Below are positions 11,274 through 20,398 of a stretch of 64,000 nucleotides of DNA, piece by piece. The notes beneath the pieces were generated by a model. The model did no database searches, was not told where the DNA came from, and worked only from the letters and a program-made list of their open reading frames with translations. Both the position numbers and the translations under genes were made by a program. Source of the DNA: Candidatus Tectimicrobiota bacterium. GTDB taxonomy: Bacteria > Tectomicrobia > Entotheonellia > Entotheonellales > Entotheonellaceae. The stretch spans positions 7,430-71,429 of the forward strand of contig BPKO01000013.1 of NCBI GenBank assembly GCA_026005175.1, read 5' to 3'. Each line of letters opens with the position of its first letter. Position 1 is the first letter of the stretch.

Positions 11274-11905
11274 GCTGGTCTCCGGTTTTGCTGTCGGCTC
11301 AGGTCACTGCGGTGGCTACCCTGCTCATCTTGGGGCTAGGACTGGCCCTGGGCTGGCTGCTGGCGCGCTGCCGCTTCCCCGGCCAGACGCTGCTCGAGAC
11401 GCTCATCACGCTGCCGCTGGTGCTGCCGCCCAGCGTGGTCGGGTATTATTTGCTGCTGGCCCTGGGGCGGGGCAGCCCCCTGGTGGAGTGGCTGGGGCTG
11501 CGCTTGCTGTTTACCTGGCCCGCTGCGGCGCTGGCCGCGGCGGTGGTGGGCTTGCCGCTGATGGTGCAGGCGGCGCGCGCCGCCATTGCCAGCGTTGACC
11601 CGGCGCTGGAAAACGCCGCCCGCACCCTGGGCTCGTCGGAGCTCGAGATCTTCTGGCGCGTCACCTTGCCCCTGGCGCGGCGGGGCATTCTCGCCGGGCT
11701 GGTGCTGGGGGCAGCGCGCGCCCTAGGCGAGTTTGGCGCCACGCTCATGGTGGCGGGCAACATCCCGGGGCGCACCCAGACGCTGCCTTTGGCCATTTAC
11801 GACGCGGTGCAAAACCAGCAGTACGGGGCGGCAAACCGCATGGTGCTGCTGCTGACGGCGGTGGGCTTCCTGTGCCTCTGGTGGGTGCGCCGCCTGGAGC
11901 GGTAG
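11270..11905 (+). CDS. modB: molybdate ABC transporter permease
   Basis: [19 protein letters not shown]...EAARTLG-type EAA loop ([21 protein letters not shown]). ATGA overlap with modA. Confidence 0.9.
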   Translation: MSWSPVLLSAQVTAVATLLILGLGLALGWLLARCRFPGQTLLETLITLPLVLPPSVVGYYLLLALGRGSPLVEWLGLRLLFTWPAAALAAAVVGLPLMVQAARAAIASVDPALENAARTLGSSELEIFWRVTLPLARRGILAGLVLGAARALGEFGATLMVAGNIPGRTQTLPLAIYDAVQNQQYGAANRMVLLLTAVGFLCLWWVRRLER

Positions 11906-11909
11906 GCGG

Positions 11910-13018
11910 ATGACGGCAGCGCGGTTGACCGTGGACATTTACAAGCGCCTGGAGCACTTCCCCCTGCGCGTGCAGCTGCAAGCGGGCAGCGAGATCCTGG
12001 TGCTCTTTGGTCCTTCAGGAGCAGGCAAGAGCCTGACGCTGCACGCCATTGCCGGGCTGGTGACGCCGGAGCACGGCGAGATCTGCTTCGACGGCCACGT
12101 CTTCTTTCGCTACCGCCGCGGCGAGCCCAGTATCCACGTGCCGGCGCGCAAGCGGCGAGTGGGCTACGTTTTCCAGCACCTGGCGCTGTTTCCCCACCTG
12201 ACGGCGCTGGAAAACGTCGCCTACCCCCTGTGGCGGCAGCGCCAGGGGCGCGAGCAGGCCCTGGCCTGGCTGGAGCGCATGCGCCTGGCGCACCTGGCCC
12301 ACCGCTACCCGCACGAGCTCTCGGGGGGCCAGCAGCAGCGGGTGGCCCTGGCGCGGGCCCCCTGGCGGCACAGCCGCGCCTTTTGCTCCTTGACGAGCCC
12401 TTCTCCGGGCTCGACGCGCCGGTGCGCGAGCAGCTGCAGCGCGACTTGCGCCGGCTGCAGCGCGAGCTCGGCCTGGTGGTGCTTTACGTTACCCACCACC
12501 TGGAAGAGGCCTTTGCCTTGGGCCACCGCCTGGCGCTGCTGCGCGACGGCCAGGTGGAGCAAGTAGGCCCTGTGGAGGACGTCTTCCGGCGCCCGGCCAC
12601 CTCGGAGGCGGCGGCGCTGCTGGGCATCCGCAACCTGTTCCGCGCGCGCGTCGTCGACGCCTCGCCGGCTGGCCTGCTGCTCGACTGGGACGGCCTGCTG
12701 CTAGAGGCGCCGCTGCAGCGCGCCGCGGCGGGAGAGGCGGTCACGGCGTACGTGCGCCCCGAAGACGTGAAGATTCTCTATCCTGACCGGCCGCTGGGGC
12801 CTTCAGTGCGTGCCAACCAAGTCGAGGGGGTGATCGTGACACACCGAGGGCAGGGGAGCTTTCACACCCTCTACGTGGCCATCGCCAACGGGCACGAGAT
12901 CGAAGTGCGCTTCCCGGCTTACGCCTACGTGCCCCTGCGCCTGGCGGCAGGCGAGCGGGTGCGGCTGTCGCTGCGCCGCGAAGGCGTGGTGCTGCTGCCC
13001 GCTAAACCGGTGGAATAA
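11910..13018 (+). pseudogene. modC: molybdate ABC transporter ATP-binding protein, one frameshift
   Basis: Walker A GPSGAGKS and signature LSGGQQQRVALARA, then a shift at CCCCC 12358-12362 into the frame of ORF 12230..13018 (LAAQPRLLLLDEPFSGLD plus a TOBE-like C-terminus). Confidence 0.85.
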
Positions 13019-13251
13019 GGAGAGCGACGAGGGCCGTGGGCGCCCCTTCAGGAAACACCGCCCGCCGCGGGCTAGCCCGCCGCAGGCACCGGGGTAGCCG
13101 GGGAAGTGCAGAGTATGGCCAAGAGCCTACCACTGGCGCAAGCCTCCGTGCAAGTCTGCCGGGTGGCGCTGCCTGCCGGAGCGGCGTAAGATAGGCGCAA
13201 GCAGGGCAGCCGCCGCTGCCTTGCTGCCCTTTCGAGAAGAAGGAGACCGAT

Positions 13252-14015
13252 ATGGAGCCCTACACGATTTACGCCGTGCAGTACGCCCAGCGCGAGACCA
13301 ATTCTACCGAGGTCTTCTACGGCGACTACCACAATACGCCCATGAAGATGGCTTACTACGTCTGGGGCCCTCAGCAACGGCGAGCACACCGTGGTCGTCG
13401 ACTTGGGCTTTACCGAAGCCGTGGGCACCCGCCGCGGCCGGCAGTTCCTGCGCTGCCCGTCGCGTGGCCTGGCAGAAATCGGCATCGACTGCGCCCGCGT
13501 CGAACACGTCATCCTCACCCACTTCCACTACGACCACGTGGGCAACTACGCCCTCTTTCCCCGCGCCGTGTTTTACGTGCAAGACGACGAGATGGCCTTC
13601 TACACCGGGCGCTACGCCAACCAGCCGGCCTTTCGCCACTCGGTGGAAGTGGACGACATCGTGGCCCTGGTGCGCTACAACTACGAAGGCCGGCTGGTCT
13701 TTGTCGACGGGGACCAGGAAATCGTGCCCGGCATCTGCGTGCACAAAGTGGGAGGGCACACCGCCGGCATGCAGGTGGTTAGCGTGCACACCCGAGAGGG
13801 GCGGGCAGTGGTGGCCTCCGATGCCTCGCACTACTACCACAACTTCGAGAAGAACGTCCCCTTCATGGTCCTGCACGACTTGCCCGGGATTGTACCGCGC
13901 CTTTACCCGCCTGCGCGCCTTGGCCGAGCGGCCCGACCTCATCATCCCCGGACACGATCCGCTGGTGCTGGAGCGGCTGCGCCCGGTAGGGGAGGGCATC
14001 GTGGCCCTGGGCTAG
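13252..14015 (+). pseudogene. MBL-fold metallo-hydrolase (lactonase-like), two frameshifts
   Basis: MEPYTIYAVQYAQRE...YYVW | ALSNGEHTVVVDLGF...THFHYDHVGN...HKVGGHTAGMQ...FMVLHDL | GLYRAFTRLRALAERPDLIIPGHDP. The shifts are near GGGGCCC 13364-13370 and CCCGGG 13883-13888. Confidence 0.8.
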
Positions 14016-14026
14016 GGCCGGGCGCG

Positions 14027-14055
14027 TTGACACCTGCGCGCCCTCAGTGTACCTT
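14027..14055 (+). promoter_or_regulatory. candidate sigma-70-type promoter TTGACA-N17-TACCTT
   Basis: TTGACA at 14027-14032, a 17 nt spacer, then TACCTT at 14050-14055. It lies in the 110 nt gap before the 14126 CDS. Confidence 0.4.
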
Positions 14056-14064
14056 ACGCCACAG

Positions 14065-14091
14065 GGGTCTCCGCGGCAGTGGCGGAGACCC
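14065..14091 (+). promoter_or_regulatory. perfect 10 bp stem-loop at the predicted 5' end of the 14126 transcript
   Basis: GGGTCTCCGC-ggcagtg-GCGGAGACCC, read directly. It sits about 10 nt after the candidate -10. Confidence 0.5.
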
Positions 14092-14125
14092 TGCCTCGGC
14101 CACGCCTCAAGGAAGGAGCCATCCC

Positions 14126-15730
14126 GTGCCCAGCCAGACCCGCGGCGTCCCTGCCCTCTACCGCCGGCTCGAAGAGCGCATCCTGGCGCGCGACCAGCTT
14201 GGCGCCAGCCAGGTCTTCTACGACCTGGTGCGTGCCGGACGGCCCCTGCCCGAGCTGCTGCGCGAGACGGTGCGCATCCACGGCCCCTATACGCACGTGC
14301 CTTACCACCAGCGCCTCGACCAGGGCTTTGTGCGCTTTGTCAACAACGACCACTGCCTGCTCAGTGCCCGCACCAGCCTGCGCCTGCCGGCTTTCTTGCC
14401 CTCTGAGCTGCACTACCTGCCCATGGCGCAGACCATCTGGTACGTGCCCACCGGCCTCGACCCCTGGAACCAGCTTTTGGGCAAAATGCCCGGCCACTAC
14501 GCGCGCCGCACCTACCACCCGCTGCCCGATGCCCCGCCACCCCCGCCCCAGGTGCACTGGCCCGATCAAGAACCGCGCTTCCTCGACGGCCCATACGAAG
14601 AGCGCCTCAACACCTGGCTCACCCTGGTGGAGCGCGGCCAGGTGCTCGAAGCCTACCGCGTCTTCCTGGGGCTTTTTGCCGAGCGCCGGCGGCGCCCGCA
14701 GCTCCTGGCGCACCTGGCCTTTGCCGGCCTCATCGACGTGCAGGACCGCATGCTCTACAACCGCTCGTACACCACCGGCCACAAGGCTTACCGCGCCCGC
14801 GCCACCATCGAGCTGGGCGAGGCGGTGGGCTGGGAGCGCGCCCACCCGATCCTCTACGCCGGGGTTCCCGACATGGCCGTGGGCCCGCGCTGGTACTCGG
14901 CGTACGAGATGGCCTGCCAGGTGAGCTGGACGCGGCTGGCAGAGGAAGAGGCCAGGCCGGCTTCCTCGCTCGACCCCAGCCCACCGGGGCCCCCCGAAGC
15001 GCGGCTGCTGGCCAACCGCACGCCCCTGACGCGCCGGGAGCGGCGGCGCCTGCTGCAAGCGCTCACCGAAGCCCACGAACCCGACTACATCGAGGAAATC
15101 ACCGCCTTGCTGCGGCGTGGCAAGGACCCGCTGCAGCTTGTCGACACCTTGCAGGTAGCGGCGGCCAGGATCCTGCTCGAGGTGGGCCAGCCGGGCAACT
15201 TCTCCATGCCCCAGCACGGCTACGAGTACACCAACACGCTGCGCTGGTTCTTCGACACCTTTGCCCACCCGCTGCGCCTGCGCTTGCTTTACGTCGCCGG
15301 CTCGTTCGTCAACCAGTGCGCCTGGTGGGTGCGCCACACCCCCGGCAACGGCGCCGCCGATGCGCGCCCGCCGCGCGGCGCTACCGACTTGGCCCCGCAG
15401 GAGCTGCTGCGGCGCCTCGACGCCGCCATGGTGGCGCTCAGACCGGCAGAGAGCGTGGCCTGGACGCGGGCCTATCTCAAAGCCGGCTACGACCGCAAGC
15501 CACTGCTGACCACCCTGGCGCTGGGGGCGGTGAAGCAAGGCAACGACCCCCACAACCAGGAAATCGGCCTCTGCCTGCTCGAGGACTACCTGCGCAGCAC
15601 CGCCCCCGACCGCGATGTGCTGCTGCTTGCCTGCGCCCAGCACACCGCCGGCCACGTCAAGTACGGCGACCCGCTGGAGTGCTACCGGCGCTTTATGGAG
15701 GCCTTTGGCCTCAGCGCGCCGCTGGCGTGA
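14126..15730 (+). CDS. conserved hypothetical protein (~534 aa), paralog of 22122..23675
   Basis: GTG at 14126 preceded by AAGGAAGGAG. The frame is open to 15730. It shares HVPxHQ, NxDH, YVPxGLDxWxQL, PGHY and GHKAxRxR...GWERAH...GVPD blocks with the second copy. I recognise no known domain. Confidence 0.7.
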   Translation: MPSQTRGVPALYRRLEERILARDQLGASQVFYDLVRAGRPLPELLRETVRIHGPYTHVPYHQRLDQGFVRFVNNDHCLLSARTSLRLPAFLPSELHYLPMAQTIWYVPTGLDPWNQLLGKMPGHYARRTYHPLPDAPPPPPQVHWPDQEPRFLDGPYEERLNTWLTLVERGQVLEAYRVFLGLFAERRRRPQLLAHLAFAGLIDVQDRMLYNRSYTTGHKAYRARATIELGEAVGWERAHPILYAGVPDMAVGPRWYSAYEMACQVSWTRLAEEEARPASSLDPSPPGPPEARLLANRTPLTRRERRRLLQALTEAHEPDYIEEITALLRRGKDPLQLVDTLQVAAARILLEVGQPGNFSMPQHGYEYTNTLRWFFDTFAHPLRLRLLYVAGSFVNQCAWWVRHTPGNGAADARPPRGATDLAPQELLRRLDAAMVALRPAESVAWTRAYLKAGYDRKPLLTTLALGAVKQGNDPHNQEIGLCLLEDYLRSTAPDRDVLLLACAQHTAGHVKYGDPLECYRRFMEAFGLSAPLA

Positions 15731-15739
15731 GGAGGGACG

Positions 15740-17128
15740 ATGCGGCCACGCCTCTTCGTGCGGCGCACGCGCTTGCCGGCAGCGGCGGAGGACGCCTTTC
15801 GCTGGCACGCCTGCCCCGATGCCCTGGCGCGCCTTGCGCCGCCGTGGCTGCCGGTGACGGTGCTGAGCCGCAGCGGCGGCCTGGAAGACGGCGCCCGCGT
15901 GGTCCTGGGCCTGCGCCGCGGCCCGGTACACTGGCGCTGGGTGGCCGAGCACCGCGACTGCCTCCCCGGGCGCCAGTTTTGCGACGTGCAGGTGGCCGGA
16001 CCCTTTGCTTTCTGGGAACACACGCACCGCTTCGAGCCGGCCGGACCCGAGGCCTGCATCCTGGAAGACCGCATCCGCTACCGGCTGCCCTTTGGCCCGG
16101 GCGGCCAGCTCCTCGCCGGATGGCTGGTCGAGCGCCAGCTGGCGCGCCTCTTTGCCTACCGCCATGCGGTGACGGCGCAGGACCTCGCCGCCCATGCCCC
16201 TTGCAGGGAGGGAAAGCCGATGCACGTGCTCGTCAGTGGCGCCAGCGGCCTGATCGGTTCGGCCCTGGTGCCTTTTCTCACCACCGGCGGCCACCGGGTA
16301 ACGCGCCTGGTGCGCACCACCCCGCCGCCTGAGGGCGCCGTGGCCTGGAATCCGGACTACGGCGAGCTGGAAGCCAGCGCCCTGGAGGGCCTCGATGCCG
16401 TGGTGCACCTGGCCGGGGAGAACATCGCCCGCGGCCGCTGGACCCCGGAGAAAAAAGCGCGCATTCGCGACAGCCGCGTGCACGGCACGCGCCTGCTGTG
16501 CGAAACCCTGGCCCGCCTGGAGCGCCCGCCGCAGGTGCTGGTCAGCGCGTCGGCCATCGGCTACTACGGCAACCGCGGCGACGAGTTGCTGCGCGAAGAG
16601 AGTCCGCCCGGCGACGACTTCCTCGCCCAGGTGTGCCGCGACTGGGAAGCGGCAACCGCCCCGGCTGCTGCCCGCGGCATCCGCGTCGTCAACCTGCGCC
16701 TGGGGGTGGTGCTGAGCCCGCGGGGCGGCGCGCTGGCGCAGATGCTCACCCCCTTCCGCCTGGGCCTGGGCGGGGTGGTGGGCACGGGACGGCAGTACAT
16801 CAGCTGGATCGCCATCGACGACGTGGTGGAGATCATTCACTTCTGCCTGCTCACCGAAAGCCTCAAGGGGCCGGTCAACGCCGTGGCGCCACAGCCGGTG
16901 ACCAACGCCGAGTTCACCCGCACCCTGGGCCGCGTGCTGCGGCGGCCGACGCTGCTGCCGCTGCCGGCGGCGGTGGCCCGCCTGCTCTTTGGCGAAATGG
17001 CCGACGCCCTGCTCCTGGCCAGCACGCGCGTCGAGCCCGCCCGCCTGCTGGCCAGCGGCTACCGCTTTCGCTATCCGGAACTGGAAGGCGCCTTGCGCCA
17101 CCTCCTGGGCAAACCGCGCGTGGCGTAG
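15740..17128 (+). CDS. SRPBCC-domain / TIGR01777 (YfcH-like) NAD-dependent epimerase family fusion
   Basis: The N-terminal ~150 aa look like a cyclase/SRPBCC domain. Then VLVSGASGLIGSAL Rossmann, ...YISWIAIDDVV and a C-terminal DUF1731-like RFRYPELEGAL. Confidence 0.8.
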   Translation: MRPRLFVRRTRLPAAAEDAFRWHACPDALARLAPPWLPVTVLSRSGGLEDGARVVLGLRRGPVHWRWVAEHRDCLPGRQFCDVQVAGPFAFWEHTHRFEPAGPEACILEDRIRYRLPFGPGGQLLAGWLVERQLARLFAYRHAVTAQDLAAHAPCREGKPMHVLVSGASGLIGSALVPFLTTGGHRVTRLVRTTPPPEGAVAWNPDYGELEASALEGLDAVVHLAGENIARGRWTPEKKARIRDSRVHGTRLLCETLARLERPPQVLVSASAIGYYGNRGDELLREESPPGDDFLAQVCRDWEAATAPAAARGIRVVNLRLGVVLSPRGGALAQMLTPFRLGLGGVVGTGRQYISWIAIDDVVEIIHFCLLTESLKGPVNAVAPQPVTNAEFTRTLGRVLRRPTLLPLPAAVARLLFGEMADALLLASTRVEPARLLASGYRFRYPELEGALRHLLGKPRVA

Positions 17129-17150
17129 GGCGCTGCGGGAGGAAGACGCC

Positions 17151-18509
17151 ATGGAGACGCGCGATGTGGTCCGCCAGGCCATCGAGGCCGGCGTGCAGCT
17201 GGTCTTCTTCCTTTACTGCGACAACGGCGGCATCATCCGCGGCAAGGGCACCCACGTGGCCCGCCTCGAGCAGCGGCTGCGTACCGGCATCGGCCTTACC
17301 GTGGCCATGCAGGCGATGAGCGACATGGACCAGCTGCAGGCAGTGCCCGGCATGGGGCCGGTGGGCGAGGTGCGCCTGGTGCCCGACCCCCAGACGTTTA
17401 CCGTCCTGCCCTATGCCCCCAAGCGCGCCGTGATGCTCGCCGACTTGCTCACCCTGCAGGGAGAGCCCTGGGGTGCCTGCCCGCGCAGCTTCCTCAAGCG
17501 CATGGTGCAGAAGGCGGCGGCGCAGGGGCTGCGCCTGCGTGCCGCCTTCGAGCCGGAGTGGACTCTGGCGCGCCGCCGCGACGACGGCACCGTGGTGCCC
17601 ATCGACGACAGCCTGTGCTTTAGCAGCGTCGGCATGACCGCCGCCCAGGAGGTGGTCGACGCCATCGTGGCCGCCCTCGAAGCACAGGGGCTCGAGGTGG
17701 AGCAGTACTACCCCGAGCTCGGCCACGGCCAGCAGGAGCTCAGCATCCGCTTTGCCGACGCCCTGCGCGCCGCCGACAACCAGATCCTCTACCGCGAAAC
17801 GGTGCGCAACGTGGCCTGGCAGCACGGCTACCTCGCCTCGTTTGCCCCCAAACCCTTTGCCGACCAGGCCGGCAACGGCTGCCACCTGCACTTTAGCCTC
17901 TGGGACCTGGCCGGAGAACGCAACCTCTTCTACGACCCCGAAGATCCCCTGCAGCTGAGCCAGACGGCTTACCACTTCCTTGCCGGCGTGCTGGCCCACC
18001 TGCCAGCCCTGGTGGCCCTGACGTGCCCCAGCGTCAACAGCTACCGCCGCCTTGGCCCGCGCACCTGGAGCTCGGCCTTTGTCTGCTACGGCCCCGACAA
18101 CCGCGAGGCCGCCCTGCGCATTGCCTCGCCATTCTGGGGGCAGGAGATGGCCTCGCTTAACCTAGAGCTCAAGCCGGCCGACGCCACCGCCAACCCCTAC
18201 CTCGCCCTGGGCGGCCTGCTCGCCGCGGGGCTCGACGGCCTCGCGCGCGGCCTGCAGCCGGCCGAAGGACAGCGGGTGGACGTCGACCCCGCCACCTTGC
18301 CTCCGGAAGAGCTGGCCCGCCGCGGCATCCGGCGCCTGCCAGCCAGCCTGCCCGAGGCCATTGCCGCCCTGGAAAGCGACGCCACCCTCCTGGAGGCCCT
18401 GGGGCCAGCGCTGGCCACCTCGTACCTGGCGGTGCGGCGCGGTGACGCGGCGCTGTTTGCGTCGCACGACGAGGCATTCGAGCTGCGCCACCACTTCTAC
18501 AAGTACTGA
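17151..18509 (+). CDS. glutamine synthetase family protein (gamma-glutamyl ligase-like)
   Basis: EQYYPELGHGQQELS, FAPKPFADQAGNGCHLHFSLW, NSYRRL and DNREAALRI are GS catalytic-domain motifs. ATG 17151 follows GGGAGGAAG. Confidence 0.9.
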   Translation: METRDVVRQAIEAGVQLVFFLYCDNGGIIRGKGTHVARLEQRLRTGIGLTVAMQAMSDMDQLQAVPGMGPVGEVRLVPDPQTFTVLPYAPKRAVMLADLLTLQGEPWGACPRSFLKRMVQKAAAQGLRLRAAFEPEWTLARRRDDGTVVPIDDSLCFSSVGMTAAQEVVDAIVAALEAQGLEVEQYYPELGHGQQELSIRFADALRAADNQILYRETVRNVAWQHGYLASFAPKPFADQAGNGCHLHFSLWDLAGERNLFYDPEDPLQLSQTAYHFLAGVLAHLPALVALTCPSVNSYRRLGPRTWSSAFVCYGPDNREAALRIASPFWGQEMASLNLELKPADATANPYLALGGLLAAGLDGLARGLQPAEGQRVDVDPATLPPEELARRGIRRLPASLPEAIAALESDATLLEALGPALATSYLAVRRGDAALFASHDEAFELRHHFYKY

Positions 18510-18512
18510 GCC

Positions 18513-19682
18513 ATGCGCCACCAAGCCGCCCTGGAGGCCTTCCTGGCCACCTTGCCGGTGCTCGACGGCCACTGCCACCCGCCGCGCCGCCAGCCCCCGG
18601 CGAGCGCCGAAGCCTTCCAGCGCTTTTTCAGCGAAAGCGACGACCCGCAGCTGGCCGCCCGGCACGTGCCGCACAGCCTCTTCTTCCAGCACAGCCTGCA
18701 GCAGCTGGCCACCCTGCTGGACACCCCGGCCGAGGTGGCGGCGCTGCTCGAGCGGCGCCAAGCCCTGGGGCTGCGCGACTACCTGCACCTGCTGGTGCAG
18801 CGCAGCAACCTGCGCGGCTTGCTGGTGGACGACGGCTACCGGCCCGAGGCCAGCTACACCTGCGCCGAGCTGCAGGCCCTGCTCGCCGGCACTTCCTGCC
18901 GCGTCTGGCGCGTGCTGCGCCTGGAAACGCTGGCCGAACAGCTGCTGGCGGCGCACCCCGACTTTGCCGCCTTCCTCGACGCCTACCGCGCCGCCTTGCA
19001 AGAGCTGCGCGCGCAGGGCATAGTGGCCCTCAAGAGCATCATTGCCTACCGCACTGGCCTGGCCGTAGAGCCTCCGGACGCCAAGGCGGCGGCGCAGGCC
19101 TTTGCCCAGGCGCGGCAAGCGCTGGCCCGCGACGGCCGCGTGCGCCTGGCACACAAGCCGCTGCTCGACTTTTTGCTCGCCGTGGCCCTGGAGGCGGCAG
19201 CACAGCAGGGCCTGCCGGTGCAGCTCCACACCGGCTTTGGCGACCCCGACCTCGACCTCCTGCAAAGCAACCCCTTGCTCCTGCGCCCCCTGCTGCACCG
19301 CGAGCCGGCCCCCCGGGTGCCCCTGGTGCTCCTGCACGCTTATCCTTACCTGCGCGAGGCCGCTTACCTGAGCAGCGTCTACGCCAACGTCTACGTCGAC
19401 TTGTCGCTCGCCTTTCCCATGCTGCACCTTGCCGCCGAGCGCGCCCTGGAAGAGGTGCTGGGGCTGGCGCCGGTGTCCAAGGTGCTGTACGGCTCTGACG
19501 CTGCGGGCTTGCCCGACTGGCTGTGGCTGGGCGTCCTGGCCTGCCGCCGCGCCCTGGCGCGCCTCTTGGCCGCCTGGGTCGAGGCAGGGCTGCCCGAAGC
19601 CCAGGCCCGCGCCGTGGCCGAGGCCATCCTCTACGCCAACGGCTGCGCCCTCTACGGGGTGCCCCTGGACCCACTGCCATGA
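18513..19682 (+). CDS. amidohydrolase-family (TIM-barrel metal hydrolase) protein
   Basis: N-terminal LDGHCHP, later VQLHTGFGD and LLHAYPY...GSDA. It starts 3 nt after the GS-like stop. Confidence 0.75.
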   Translation: MRHQAALEAFLATLPVLDGHCHPPRRQPPASAEAFQRFFSESDDPQLAARHVPHSLFFQHSLQQLATLLDTPAEVAALLERRQALGLRDYLHLLVQRSNLRGLLVDDGYRPEASYTCAELQALLAGTSCRVWRVLRLETLAEQLLAAHPDFAAFLDAYRAALQELRAQGIVALKSIIAYRTGLAVEPPDAKAAAQAFAQARQALARDGRVRLAHKPLLDFLLAVALEAAAQQGLPVQLHTGFGDPDLDLLQSNPLLLRPLLHREPAPRVPLVLLHAYPYLREAAYLSSVYANVYVDLSLAFPMLHLAAERALEEVLGLAPVSKVLYGSDAAGLPDWLWLGVLACRRALARLLAAWVEAGLPEAQARAVAEAILYANGCALYGVPLDPLP

Positions 19683-20168
19683 GCGCCGTGCGCTGGGTGC
19701 TGTTTCTGTGCACCGGCAACTACTACCGCAGCCGCTTTGCCGAGCTGCTCTTCAACGCCCTGGCCGCCGCCCGCGGCCTGCCCTGGCGCGCCTTCTCGCG
19801 CGGCCTGGCCCTGGAGAAAGGGCGCCACAACCGCGGGCCCATGGCCCCCGTCGCCGTGGAAGCGCTGCGCGCCCGCGGCATTCCCTTGCAGGGAAGCGAG
19901 CGCCCCCCGCGCCAGGTGAGCGAAGACGACTTGCGGCGCGCCGCGCTGATCGTCGCCCTGGAGGAAGCCGAGCACCGCCCCTACCTGCAAGCGCGCTACC
20001 CCCGCCTGGGCCGAGCGCGTGGTGTACTGGCACGTCCGTGACACGCTGCCGCAGCCGCAGTACAATCCCCTGGACGTCATCGAAGCGGAAGTGCGAGGGC
20101 TGGTGGCAAAGCTAGAGGGCGAGGAGGAGCCGCCGTGTTCGACTTCGGAGGGGAAAGGCTGCGCCTGA
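19679..20168 (+). pseudogene. low-molecular-weight phosphotyrosine phosphatase / ArsC-like, one frameshift
   Basis: P-loop VLFLCTGNYYRSRFAE. After ...LQARYP the frame shifts at CCCCC 19999-20003 to AWAERVVYWHVRDTLPQPQYNPLDVIEAEVRGLV. ATGA overlap with the upstream gene. Confidence 0.75.
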
Positions 20169-20398
20169 ACTACCCGTGCCGCTGGGTGTACAAAGTCATC
20201 GGCTCGGGGCAAGAGCAAGTGCGCCAGGCCATTGACGAAGTGGTAGCCGGCTACGACTACACGGTCACCTTTTCCAACGCCAGCAAGACGGGAAAATACT
20301 GCTGCCTCAACGTCGAGCTCACCGTCGACAGCGAGGCCGTCCGCACCCACCTCTACCGGGCCCTCAAGCAGCACCCCCACGTGATCCTAGTGCTGTAG
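20135..20398 (+). CDS. DUF493 (YbeD-like) small protein
   Basis: LNYPCRWVYKVIGSG...TVTFSNASKTGKYCCLNVELTV pattern. GTG follows GAGGAGGAG. Confidence 0.7.
   Translation: MFDFGGERLRLNYPCRWVYKVIGSGQEQVRQAIDEVVAGYDYTVTFSNASKTGKYCCLNVELTVDSEAVRTHLYRALKQHPHVILVL

Noticed and set aside
13019-13251. 233 nt gap after modC was examined for a Moco riboswitch, a terminator or a small gene.
   Set aside because: Only a GCCTCCG fragment and imperfect GC hairpins are present. The gap lies downstream rather than upstream of the mod genes, and I found no convincing ORF with an SD. It remains unexplained.
14054-17182. 1042 aa minus-strand ORF. The same class includes 23427..25907, 27443..30628, 31521..34343, 37035..39908, 46725..48602, 50450..52843 and 59448..61787.
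   Set aside because: Each lies antisense to plus-strand genes with clear family motifs. All are Arg/Ala/Gly/Pro-rich with no recognisable domain and no SD-start combination. They are high-GC shadow ORFs.
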